Source: an uncultured virus (IMG/VR IMGVR_UViG_3300036770_002685) (taxonomy: Duplodnaviria > Heunggongvirae > Uroviricota > Caudoviricetes). From it: a stretch of 20,000 nt of DNA. The translations under genes and the position numbers were made by a program. Each line of letters begins with the position of its first letter. The stretch's first letter is position 1. The stretch lies in IMG/VR virus record IMGVR_UViG_3300036770_002685; one strand, given 5' to 3'. Positions 1-9,500 of the stretch are shown one piece after another. The notes under the pieces were generated by a model that saw only the letters and a program-made list of their open reading frames with translations, ran no database searches and had not been told where the DNA came from.

Positions 1-153
1 TTGGACCCCTATGTAATCGCGCCGAACACGGAAAAGGTAGACACGCGCGCGCGTGGGCGGCAGATTAGTCTGCGGATTGAGAGTGACGAGGTGGATGACA
101 ACTGGCGGTACGGCACGTTACGTGTTGACATACAGCCGGATGGATTGAGATGA
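1..153 (+). CDS. C-terminal fragment of a probable tail/head-stabilisation virion protein (5'-truncated)
   Basis: Frame +1 is open from base 1: LDPYVIAPNTEKVDTRARGRQISLRIESDEVDDNWRYGTLRVDIQPDGLR*, with stop TGA 151-153 overlapping the next ATG (ATGA). The RARGRQ...WRxGxxRxDxQPDG ending resembles tail-tube/stabilisation proteins of aquatic podoviruses (recalled, not searched). Confidence 0.65.
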   Translation: MDPYVIAPNTEKVDTRARGRQISLRIESDEVDDNWRYGTLRVDIQPDGLR

Positions 154-863
154 GTAAGATCAATAACGTTCGTCTGCCTAACGCTGCGACACTGGCCTAC
201 AGCCCGGAGCAGTTTAACCAGCTTGTTCGCTCGCTGGAACAGATTGTTTTGCAGTTAAATTCTACGTATACATCTACGTCGGATGAAAATATCGCCTCTG
301 CACAAAGTTGGTTTGGCGGAACAGGTGGTGCGGGCGGCGGATTTGCAGGCGGGATTCGTGGCTTTCAGCTATCCAATGGCATTTTGCTGCCATATGCCAT
401 GCTTATCTCAGAGAGTGATCAGTCAAATGCGGGTATTACCAGTGAAAATCTGATCAGCTACGACAGCCCTGCCGTATCTAACGGTATCCGAGTGGTGGAT
501 AACACGAAGATTTATGTGCCGTGTGCAGGGCAATACTTAGTGACTTTTACGCTTCAGGCCACTAATCGAGGCAACACGGCAGCGGAATTCGAAGTATGGG
601 CCAAGGACACCGGAACAAATTTCCCCTCAAGTAACACTCGGTTTGATGTGCCCGTACGAAAAAGTGCTGAGGTCTGGGCGCACATTGTCCCTGCCGTAAC
701 AGGCATCTTCACTGTAACTGATCCCATCAACAACTATCTTGAATTGGCGTGGTGGTCCGATAGCCTTGATGTGTATTTAGAACATTATGCAGCGGGAACG
801 AGTCCGACGCGACCAGCGATTCCTTCGGTAATTTTGACGATTAATTTCGTATCGGCAGGCTGA
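150..863 (+). CDS. Putative virion structural protein (N-terminal coiled coil, Gly linker, beta-rich C-terminal domain)
   Basis: 237 aa, coupled to the upstream gene by ATGA. Helical QFNQLVRSLEQIVLQLN, then GGTGGAGGGFAGG linker, then alternating beta-strand patterns (IYVPCAGQYLVTFTLQ, SVILTINFV). Lies in the tail module. Confidence 0.65.
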   Translation: MSKINNVRLPNAATLAYSPEQFNQLVRSLEQIVLQLNSTYTSTSDENIASAQSWFGGTGGAGGGFAGGIRGFQLSNGILLPYAMLISESDQSNAGITSENLISYDSPAVSNGIRVVDNTKIYVPCAGQYLVTFTLQATNRGNTAAEFEVWAKDTGTNFPSSNTRFDVPVRKSAEVWAHIVPAVTGIFTVTDPINNYLELAWWSDSLDVYLEHYAAGTSPTRPAIPSVILTINFVSAG

Positions 864-864
864 G

Positions 865-1197
865 ATGGCAAACAAGTACTTTAGGAAGTATTCGATCCCG
901 AGTGCAACGACGGAAACGACGCTGTATACGGTGCCGGATGCCAATACGGCGGTCGTGTCGTCCTTACGAATTACTAATGGCAATGCAAGCAATGCCACGG
1001 TTACCGTCTCTGTGTATGCACTGGGCGAAGCAACGGAATACTTTGTTTTAAAGGGCTACAGCCTGCCGACAAATGCCACGATGGACGTTTTCTCAGGGGT
1101 GCCGCTCGTATTGGAAGCCACAGATGTGCTCAAAATTGAATCGTCCGTAGCGACAGTTCATTTCTATTTGAGCTATCTTGAGATGGACAGAAACTAA
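865..1197 (+). CDS. Small beta-rich phage virion protein (hypothetical)
   Basis: 110 aa, starts 1 nt after the previous stop. T/S/V-rich with TLYTVP and LVLEATDVLKI patterns typical of small podovirus tail-associated proteins. Confidence 0.65.
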   Translation: MANKYFRKYSIPSATTETTLYTVPDANTAVVSSLRITNGNASNATVTVSVYALGEATEYFVLKGYSLPTNATMDVFSGVPLVLEATDVLKIESSVATVHFYLSYLEMDRN

Positions 1198-1213
1198 TGA
1201 ATTACCACATAAT
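1184..1213 (+). promoter_or_regulatory. Candidate sigma70-type promoter for the ejection-protein genes
   Basis: TGGACA (1184-1189), 18-nt spacer, CATAAT (1208-1213): each box is a 5/6 match to consensus. It lies at the start of the only sizeable gap in the structural module. Confidence 0.45.
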
Positions 1214-1216
1214 TAC

Positions 1217-1283
1217 TGGCAATTTCGCGTCCTTTCCCGGCGCGCGACCCCGCCTGAGGGTCTATTGCCAATCTGGAAAGGAC
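1217..1283 (+). promoter_or_regulatory. Candidate structured cis-regulatory leader RNA with anti-Shine-Dalgarno pairing
   Basis: TGGCAAT 1217-1223 / ATTGCCA 1264-1270; CGCG 1226-1229 / CGCG 1241-1244; GACCC 1246-1250 / GGGTC 1258-1262; GTCCTTTCC 1229-1237 is the exact reverse complement of GGAAAGGAC 1275-1283, which contains the RBS of the ATG at 1288. Confidence 0.6.
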
Positions 1284-1287
1284 TATC

Positions 1288-3330
1288 ATGGCTGAAGCGA
1301 TGCAGGGAGGCGTTATGAGCCTGCCGCCGGAGATGGGCGGTATGGCGCAACCCCCTCAGAGTTACCTCACTCCTGAAGACGAAGCAACGCTAACGCAACT
1401 GCGTAATTCCGTCTCGCCCCAAGAGTTCAATCAAGAGATGTTCAACGCTGCGGAGCAGATGGACCCGCAGGCGATTGCACAACTGCGCAGCATGCTACAG
1501 GGCATGCGCTTGCCGCAGGAATTGATCGACTTGATGAAGGAGATGGTGAGTTCACTTTTGCAGGAACCTGCCAAGTATGCGGAAAATCGTCAGCAGTTGA
1601 TCGCAGAGGGGGTGCCAGAAGACCTCTTGCCGCCAGAGTTTGACCCTAATTACCTGATGGCGCTGGACATGGCGCTGGATCAGGTATCAGAGCCTGTTAT
1701 CCAAGGATTTGCAGCCGGTGGTTTTGTCCAAAATCCGATCTCTGCCGGGATTGCCAGCTTGGGCCGCAACGGCGACACGATGCTGGCGCACATCACGCCG
1801 CGCGAGGCGAGGATGCTTCAGCGCGCAGGTGGCGCAGGCACGATCAACCCGGTTACTGGATTGCCTGAGTTCTTTCTTGGCGGTCTTGCCAAAGCAATTG
1901 GCGGGGCATTTAGGTCAGTCGGCAAAGCGGTTTCAGGCGTTCTCACAGGCATCGGTAAAGCAGTTAAGAGCTTTGCCAGCAGTACTGTCGGTCGGATGGT
2001 GACATCGGTCGCGCTGGGCTTCTTCTTAGGCCCCGCAGCGGCGGGTCTACTAGGTGTTACGTCTGCCGCAGGCGTTGCGGCAATTAGCGGCTTTATTGGT
2101 GGTGCAGGCTCGACCTTACTTGCCGGTGGCAGCATTAAAGACGCCTTGAAGACGGGTGCGATTGGCGGTCTGACCGCTGGTGCGTTTTCCGGTGTTAGCG
2201 GCGGCGCAGGGGCCTTCAAAGCGGGCACTTACACAGGTCCTACGACCATCTCGGAGTCTTGGAAAGGCTTCACTGAGAAGTTGGGGACTAGACCGGCGGC
2301 GGACGCGGCAAAAGCGGTTGCTGGCGGGGTGGACGAAGCGGCAGCAGCCGCACCTCCTCCGCCTGCCATTGAATCGGCTGTACAGAGCTTGGATGAACTG
2401 AAGCTTGACGCAATCAGTGGTAGGACTGCAGCGGTTCCTCAGCCGTCAATTCAAGTAACTTCACCAACGGGACAAGCGGTTGCTGGTCCTGCCGTGGGGC
2501 CGTCTAAGTTTGACGTGATTTCACGCGGTTCGCCTCCGGCTGTTTCGCCTGCGCCTCCTGCACCTGCACCCGCACCAACTAATTACCTGATGAATCCGCC
2601 ACTGGGGGCGGTCAAGCCTGATCCGCTCGTACAAAAGTTGACTGCCAATCTTCCGGCAGATACGGCTTCGACCTCCGGCGGCGTGATGGACCTCTTGAAG
2701 CAGGGTGAGATACGGCAAGCGGCAACGAAGGCAGGCGAAGGTATTAAAGGGCTTTATGATGAGTATTTATCGCCCAGCAACATAGAAAAAGCAGGTGCGG
2801 AAAAGGCGATGACCGAGGCCACGAAAGCGGTCAACGCACTGCCTGCAGGCACTTCTGAAGCGGTCAAAGGCGCAGTCTTTAACAAGGTTTATGAATCGAA
2901 TCTACCCGGCATGTTGGCGACCTACGGTCCGCTGGCAGCAGCCGGTATCGGCGCAACCTATTTGGCAGGGGGCTTTGATGTCAAACCCCCGCCAAAGCCC
3001 GAGATTCCAGTCAGCGGCACTGAACTGTACAAGCGCAATCCATACCTTTTGACACCGCAAATTCGCACGATCTCGGCCTCCACCGGCCAGCCTTATCGCA
3101 TGGCGGCAGGGGGTATTGCGAGCTTGGCGCAGGGTTCAACGAAATACCCACGCAAGACCGGACCGATCGACGGCCCCGGCACAGGCACGTCGGATTCCAT
3201 CCCGGCGATGCTCTCTGACGGCGAATTCGTGTTCACCGCCAAAGCAGTCCGGGGCATGGGCAAAGGCTCACGGCGCAAGGGCGCAAAACGGATGTATGCC
3301 TTAATGAAGGCACTGGAAAAGAGGGCCTAA
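1288..3330 (+). CDS. Putative internal virion / DNA ejection protein
   Basis: 680 aa, A/G/P-rich, RBS GGAAAGGA 5 nt upstream. Motifs LGRNGDTMLAHITPREA...GTINPVTGLPEF and C-terminal GPGTGTSDSIPAMLSDGEFVFTAKAV (the latter type is familiar from tape-measure/ejection proteins). Hydrophobic glycine-zipper segments at about aa 238-305. Confidence 0.7.
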   Translation: MAEAMQGGVMSLPPEMGGMAQPPQSYLTPEDEATLTQLRNSVSPQEFNQEMFNAAEQMDPQAIAQLRSMLQGMRLPQELIDLMKEMVSSLLQEPAKYAENRQQLIAEGVPEDLLPPEFDPNYLMALDMALDQVSEPVIQGFAAGGFVQNPISAGIASLGRNGDTMLAHITPREARMLQRAGGAGTINPVTGLPEFFLGGLAKAIGGAFRSVGKAVSGVLTGIGKAVKSFASSTVGRMVTSVALGFFLGPAAAGLLGVTSAAGVAAISGFIGGAGSTLLAGGSIKDALKTGAIGGLTAGAFSGVSGGAGAFKAGTYTGPTTISESWKGFTEKLGTRPAADAAKAVAGGVDEAAAAAPPPPAIESAVQSLDELKLDAISGRTAAVPQPSIQVTSPTGQAVAGPAVGPSKFDVISRGSPPAVSPAPPAPAPAPTNYLMNPPLGAVKPDPLVQKLTANLPADTASTSGGVMDLLKQGEIRQAATKAGEGIKGLYDEYLSPSNIEKAGAEKAMTEATKAVNALPAGTSEAVKGAVFNKVYESNLPGMLATYGPLAAAGIGATYLAGGFDVKPPPKPEIPVSGTELYKRNPYLLTPQIRTISASTGQPYRMAAGGIASLAQGSTKYPRKTGPIDGPGTGTSDSIPAMLSDGEFVFTAKAVRGMGKGSRRKGAKRMYALMKALEKRA

Positions 3331-3333
3331 AAC

Positions 3334-4566
3334 ATGGCAACTGAATATAGCGTACAGACAATCCAAGAAGCGCCGGAGATTGAGAAGGCGCGATTAGCGC
3401 TGGTCAAAACCGGTGAAGAACTCGTCGCAAAACCCTTCACCATCCCCGGCTACGAAGTTGCCGGGCTTGGGGCAGGCCAGATTCAAGCTGCACGGCTCGC
3501 GGAACAGGGCGTAGGGGCTTACGCGCCTTACCTGACCGAGGCCAGCAAAGGGCTGACGGCAGGGCAAACCTTGACGCAAGAAGCGGCGCGCGGCATCGGT
3601 GCCTTGAATGTCCAACCGCAGATGCAAGCCGCCTACGGTGCCTATCAAGCAGGCGCTGGCGTGGCAGGCGACATCGGCAGATTGGCTGAGACAGCCGGTC
3701 AGGGCCTACCTACAGCAGCGTATGGTGCGGCGATGATTCCGGGCGCGACAACCGCGTACCAACCCGGACAGGCCACCGCGTACATGAATCCGTACCAGCA
3801 GCAGGTCACAGCCAACGCGCTACAAGAGATGCAACGCCAAGCCGACATTGCCATGCAAGGTCAGGCGGCACAGGCTGTTCGTGCGGGCGCGTTTGGCGGT
3901 ACTCGCGAGGGTGTGCAACGCGCAGAGACGGCCCGTAATCTGATGGACGTGATGGGCCAGCGCATCTTGCAAGACTATTCGCAGAATTATCTGCAAGCGC
4001 AGCAGGCCGCACAGCAGGCGTTTGAAGCGCAACAGCAGCGCCAACTTGCAGGCGGTCAGGCGTTGGGTCAGATGAGCCTTCTGCCCTCCCAAATCGCCTC
4101 ACAACAGGCCAATATCTTGGGTGGTCAGGCCAACATTTACGGTCAGCTTGCCCAAGGCATCGGTCAACTGGGCCTACAGCAGGGCCAGTTTGGCTTGCAA
4201 CAGGGCGCGGCATTGGGCGCAGCCGGTCAGCAGTTGGGTGCGATGGCAGGACAGCAGGCACAACTGGGTGCGCTGGGCCAGCAACTCAGCCAAGCAGACA
4301 TCGCACTGCTCTCGCAGGTGGGCGCACAGGAGCAGGCATTGCAGCAGGCTCGACTCGATGCGCTACGCGCAACAAAGTTGCAGGAGGCGATGATGCCGTA
4401 CCAGCAGTTGGCCTTCCAATCCGACATTTTGTCGAAGACCCCGAGCGGTCAAACCTCGATTACTGCCGCGTCGGCACCTACGCCAAGCCCATTGATGTCT
4501 GCATTGGGCACCGGCGTTGCTGCCCTTTCCAGCGTCGCAGGGACTAAGAAAGCAGGCTTGTTTTAG
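3334..4566 (+). CDS. Putative DNA transfer/pilot (ejection) protein, Q/A/G-rich
   Basis: 410 aa with YMNPYQQQV and AGAFGGTR motifs, long Gln/Gly/Ala helical repeats and a hydrophobic C-terminal segment. Composition and position are typical of podovirus ejection proteins. Confidence 0.7.
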   Translation: MATEYSVQTIQEAPEIEKARLALVKTGEELVAKPFTIPGYEVAGLGAGQIQAARLAEQGVGAYAPYLTEASKGLTAGQTLTQEAARGIGALNVQPQMQAAYGAYQAGAGVAGDIGRLAETAGQGLPTAAYGAAMIPGATTAYQPGQATAYMNPYQQQVTANALQEMQRQADIAMQGQAAQAVRAGAFGGTREGVQRAETARNLMDVMGQRILQDYSQNYLQAQQAAQQAFEAQQQRQLAGGQALGQMSLLPSQIASQQANILGGQANIYGQLAQGIGQLGLQQGQFGLQQGAALGAAGQQLGAMAGQQAQLGALGQQLSQADIALLSQVGAQEQALQQARLDALRATKLQEAMMPYQQLAFQSDILSKTPSGQTSITAASAPTPSPLMSALGTGVAALSSVAGTKKAGLF

Positions 4567-4574
4567 GAGCGATG

Positions 4575-6545
4575 ATGAAATCTAAAGTACTTGACAGGCC
4601 GATGTTCAAGAAGAAGGGGGCTCCTGTCCCGCCTGAGGAGGCCGACAACGTCGGCATCATGCAGGGCTTCATGGACGCCATCAACGGCATGGAAGAGGAT
4701 GACTACGAGGAAGAGGGCGATAGCGATATGGCAAAAATGCTGGATCGCCGTCCAGACTCGCCAGAAATCCTGATGAACAATCTGCGGGGCGACATGCGCT
4801 CGGTAGACGCACGGGTCGAGGAACTGGCTGACTTAGTCGGCTACCGTGCCGCTGCCGAGACGCCAACCGAAGTCTTGGCACTGCTGCAGCCGGTGCTGGC
4901 ACAGCAATCCCAGATGGCGGCACCCCCTCCGGGAGGCATGATGCCTGCCCCACCGATGCCGATGCCCGGCGCGCCGATGGCTGCACCTGCGGGCGGGGTT
5001 GCCGATTTAGCGGCCATGGCTCAAGGACCACAGACCACGCCACCAATGCCTGCCCCGGGACCGATGCCACCGGGCGGCGTTGCATCGTTGCCTGCTGCGG
5101 CTGAACAACAAGCGCCCATTGCAATGAAAGAGGGCGGGATTGTTCAACATTTTCAAGGAGGGTCCGGTGAGGAGGGCGTGACCCCCGTTGATCTAAGTGG
5201 GCAGCAAGCCTACTACCCTCCTGAGATCGTGGCAAAAGCGCAAGAAGATGTGATGAATCTGATGAGCGCGCAGCCTACGCCAACGCCGTCCATCGAAAGT
5301 GCGATGGCAGCGCGTCTGCCTACGTATGAGCGTCTTTTAGGCGTGGACAAGAACACTGTGCAATCGCAGATGTTGTTTGACATTGCACAAGGGGCGTTAA
5401 ACGTTGCTGCCGGTGTTGACGCGGAAGGGCGCCCCATTAGAGGTGCAGTATCTCCTGTCGGGCGTATCGCGGCAGGTATGCGAAACGTGCCTGCCATGAT
5501 TGGCGCACGTGCGGGTGAGCTTGCAAAAGCACAGCGTGAGATCAAGGCGCTTGCCCTACAAGCCGGTGAGAAGGACGTTGCATTGATCCGCGAGTACAAC
5601 TTCAGGTTGATCGACTCGCAGCGCAAGCTGTCGGCAGACATCATCAAAGCAACTGCCAAGGGACAAGGTTTTGGCACTGGGGTAAAAGGCGCTGCGTGGA
5701 ATTTTGTCACGCGGTTCGCGCCTGACTTTGCTGCGGGTAAGTTGACGCCAGAGAACGACCGTCGATTCTTGAGTTCGTATTCGATCATCTCGGAACCCAC
5801 GTATTTCACTGATCCGTTTACCGGGAATGTTCAATCGCGTGTTCCGCCTATCCCCGACTTCGTAACGAATTCGATTCGAGCACGGAAGGATATTCCTGTT
5901 CCAACCACTGGCAAGAAGGCTCCTGCGCCAGAGGGAGGCACTGCAGCGCCCGTGGAACCCGGAGTACCCGGAGCGCCCGTAAGCGAAGCGCCTTCTGATG
6001 TAACGCCCGCCGTTAAACCCACTGCTGCGAAAACGCTGTGGCAATTAACGCCTGTGCTGACCGGACCTGTTGCTACGGTTAAGGACGTTATTTCAAGCGT
6101 TCCCGGACTGGGTGGCGTAGGCAAGGACGTAACGCAGGCACGTGCTCAATACATGGGCGAATTCCGTGAGCTTGTAAAGAGCTTGCAAAACAGCCCCGTT
6201 TTTGCACAACGAGAGCGTGAGGCGATTGAGACCGAATTAAACATTGAGCCTCGGTTCTTCGACGACCCAGAGAAGCTGCGTAATAAACTGATCGGTATTG
6301 ACAAATACCTGACAGCACGTCTAACAGATGCGCGACTAAACGCAACAAACGAAAATCTGCCTGTCGAACAGCGAAAAGCGCATGCACAGATTGTGACCAC
6401 GCTTAAAAACTTCTTACCAAAGCTGGGTATTCCGCAGAAGATTTATACGATCAAGGCGTTGCAGGACTTCACGAGGAAAAATCCTCCGGGCACTCCCTTC
6501 TTGTGGAATGGTAGCGAAGTTCGCGTGACAAAAGGAGCGGAATAA
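4575..6545 (+). CDS. Putative internal virion / ejection protein
   Basis: About 656 aa. AGGAG at 4565-4569 favours the second ATG (4575) over 4572. N-terminal VLDRPMF, acidic patch, Pro/Met-rich linker, MKEGGIV motif, helical C-terminal half. Confidence 0.65.
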   Translation: MKSKVLDRPMFKKKGAPVPPEEADNVGIMQGFMDAINGMEEDDYEEEGDSDMAKMLDRRPDSPEILMNNLRGDMRSVDARVEELADLVGYRAAAETPTEVLALLQPVLAQQSQMAAPPPGGMMPAPPMPMPGAPMAAPAGGVADLAAMAQGPQTTPPMPAPGPMPPGGVASLPAAAEQQAPIAMKEGGIVQHFQGGSGEEGVTPVDLSGQQAYYPPEIVAKAQEDVMNLMSAQPTPTPSIESAMAARLPTYERLLGVDKNTVQSQMLFDIAQGALNVAAGVDAEGRPIRGAVSPVGRIAAGMRNVPAMIGARAGELAKAQREIKALALQAGEKDVALIREYNFRLIDSQRKLSADIIKATAKGQGFGTGVKGAAWNFVTRFAPDFAAGKLTPENDRRFLSSYSIISEPTYFTDPFTGNVQSRVPPIPDFVTNSIRARKDIPVPTTGKKAPAPEGGTAAPVEPGVPGAPVSEAPSDVTPAVKPTAAKTLWQLTPVLTGPVATVKDVISSVPGLGGVGKDVTQARAQYMGEFRELVKSLQNSPVFAQREREAIETELNIEPRFFDDPEKLRNKLIGIDKYLTARLTDARLNATNENLPVEQRKAHAQIVTTLKNFLPKLGIPQKIYTIKALQDFTRKNPPGTPFLWNGSEVRVTKGAE

Positions 6546-9500
6546 TGGCCGAAGATACCTTGAAACAGCAGTTAGAAGCACTGTCTTCTCCTGCTGGAGG
6601 GGGTCGAGCGTCTGAGTTGTTGACAGGCAAACCGCCTCCGGGTGTTGCCGTGCCAAGCACTGGCGCGGCAGAGGGTGCGATTAATCCGGTCACTGGGATG
6701 CCCGAGACAGTCGAGGCATTGTCTGAAGCAGGGGAGCCCACGGTCGGCGAGAAAGCCACCGAAGTGGGCTACGGTCTATTAGAGGGCGTGTCGCGCACCG
6801 CGCCTTCTGTCACAGGCGGCATGGTTGGCTTTCGTGCAGGCACCGGATTAGCGCCTTTGATGGGGCCATACGCCCCTCTAGGTATCGCCGGTGCCACGGT
6901 GGCTGGCGTAGGCATAGGCGCGCTTATAGGTAATGAGTTTGACATTCGCTATCCCGGCGTAGCGCGTCAAGACCTTGTGCCGTACCGCGAAGGCGGTAAG
7001 ACGTGGGGCGATACGATTGCGTTAGCACCCATCGCGTTCAATATTCCTGTCACGCAGGCACAACGCGTTTCTGAGGCTATCCGCATACTGGAGCCCACAG
7101 CAGCAAAGTTCGGCATGGAAGGCGCAGCACGTGCTTCGCGTTTCCTGACAGATGTGACAGCGGCCATGGGCAGAACTGCTCAGGCTTACCCAAAATCTTT
7201 CCTTGCAGCAGAGGCGATCTCTGGCGCAGGTGCTGGGGTTGGTGGCGGTATGGCTGAAGCCTATGCGCCGGGGGAACCCGGCACACGTTTGGCCTCTGAG
7301 ATTGTCGGCGGTGTGCTCGCCCCTTCTCGGCTGTTCATCCACATGGGTTCTGCCAAGGACCTGATGGGCAACATCGCGGCATCCTTTTCAAAAGACGCAC
7401 GGCAGAGCCGAGCAGCCAACAAGCTACGCTCGATCCTCGAAGACGCAGGCGAGGACGTTGACAAGGTCATCCGCTCGCTTGAGGCGAACGTCCCAAGAGG
7501 TGCACAGCCAACGGCTGGGCAAAAGACGGGTGTTCGTGCGCTCAGTATCTTGGAAAATACCCTAGCGCGAGAGAACGCCAAGTATGGCGGAGAGATCGCG
7601 GACCAAGGACTAAAGACGCTACAGGCTTACACGCTGTTGGCAAAGAACCTAGAACAGGTCGGGAGCCCACAAGCACTTCGTGCTGCTGCACAGTTACGTG
7701 AAGAAGCCTTCAACGCCATGCTGGAAAACCGGCAGAGCGTTGCGCTCTTAAACGCTGCACAGAAGATTCAACGCATTAGCAAAGACACGCCCGAGGCCCG
7801 TCAACAGATTGGCGAGATTGTGCGTCAAGCGACGCAGGATGCCTTGTCCGATGCACGGGGTCATGAGCGCACGTTGTGGACACGTGCCGTGGCGGACTTG
7901 TCACGGCCCACGACTCAGACAGTGACTGAGCGTGTTCAGGTCGGCAAGATGGTGGATGAAGCGGGTAGACCGCTCATGCGTACCCGCGAGGTAACGCGAG
8001 TAACGTTGCCCTCAGTTGTTCCCACCAATACCGTTCGCGACTTCCTGAACGAAACGCTGACTATTGCAGATTCTGTCTATAAAGGCACCGTGCCTCCCCT
8101 CGTCAAAAAAGTGATGGGGCAGATGGGAGTGACAGAGGCGGATGTCGCTCGCTACAAATTAGGCAGGCAGACGGAAGAGTTTGCCAATACAGGGATTGTC
8201 CCCGATCGCTTTTTGCCAAAAGGGCGCGATGTCCAACTGGGCGAACTGGTCAATATGCGCTCCAACCTTCTAGACCTTGCGCGTGATGCTGCGGTCAAAG
8301 GAGAAAACGCTGACGCGCGGTTCTTCGGCAACATTGCGAACAGCATGATGAAGGACTTGGATCAGGTCAAATCTCCTGCGTTGGACGAAGCGCGCAGCTT
8401 TTCAAGAACGCTGAATGACTACTTCACTCGCAGCTTTGCCGGGGAGATGCTCAGTAAAAAAGGCACGGGTGCCCTTGCTTATCCACCAGAAGTGCTTGTC
8501 CAGCGGGCTTTCGGCGCGAACAACGACTTGGCTGCGATGCGGATGGCCGACATCGAAGACGCAGTAGGCATGCTTCGCAAAGAGTACACCGATGCCGTCG
8601 CACGATTTGGCAGAGATAGCGCAGAAGCGCTGTCCTTGAAGCCCTTAGCCGATCTGTCCAGTTCTCGTGTGGTATCGATTCGAGACGCACAGCAGCGTAT
8701 TCTGCGTCTGGCTGCAGCAGAGACGATTGACCCGAATACGGGCCGCGTAAGCGCTACTCGCCTAAGCCGTTTCATTGAAAAGCGCAGACCGCTGCTGGAC
8801 AGATTGCAGATCACGGATGATCTATCCGATGCGGTTAAAGCAGAAAACGCGTTTAAGGCAACGGCAAGTGCTAACAGCGTATTGGACAAGAGCCTGAGAA
8901 ATCAGACAGCCTTTGCGCAAGTGCTAAAGCGTGAGTCGCCGTCCATGGCGATCGCGGATGCCTTGAACAGTAAGTTCCCTGTTCGCAGTCTCTCAAACAT
9001 CGTCAAGCTGGCAAAAGCGGGTGGGCCGGATGCCGCAGCGGGGCTGAAGTCGAGTCTCTACGATTATGCGTTTACCAAGGCCGGAGGCGACAGGGGCTTT
9101 AACGCGCAGGCGTTCAAGGATGCGTTTTTCAGTCCCATTGCCCAAGGACAACCTTCGATTTACAACATCCTGCGCTCGCAGGGTGTGATGACCCTCTCGG
9201 AAGGCAAGAACCTCAGGCGCATCATCGATCCGATGATACGTGTCGAGCAATCGCTGGGCGATCGTCAGCTTATGGAAGGCGTCATGCAGGGCGCAGACGC
9301 AGCAACCGAACTGGCATTGCGTGTGGTCGGCTCGCGCATTGGTACTAGTGTGTCAGGTAGTGGACCCGGATCGCTGATTGCGGCTTCAGCAGGCTCGAAG
9401 TATATGCGCCAAATCTTCGATAAGTCTCCGATGCTGTTGGTGCGAGGGATCATCGAAGAGGCCACGAAAGACCCACAGATGATGGCGCTGCTCCTACGTC

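Noticed and set aside
1217..1283. Self-cleaving ribozyme (hammerhead or HDV-like) interpretation of the structured leader
   Set aside because: CTGAGGG and GAAA are present but do not match the CUGANGA core or hammerhead stem order, and the nested double-pseudoknot order of HDV ribozymes is not met. It also lacks a U-tract, so it is not a terminator.
2540..2580. Short CCTGC(A/G) tandem repeats
   Set aside because: They simply encode a Pro-Ala linker (PAPPAPAPAP), with no evidence of an independent DNA-level function.
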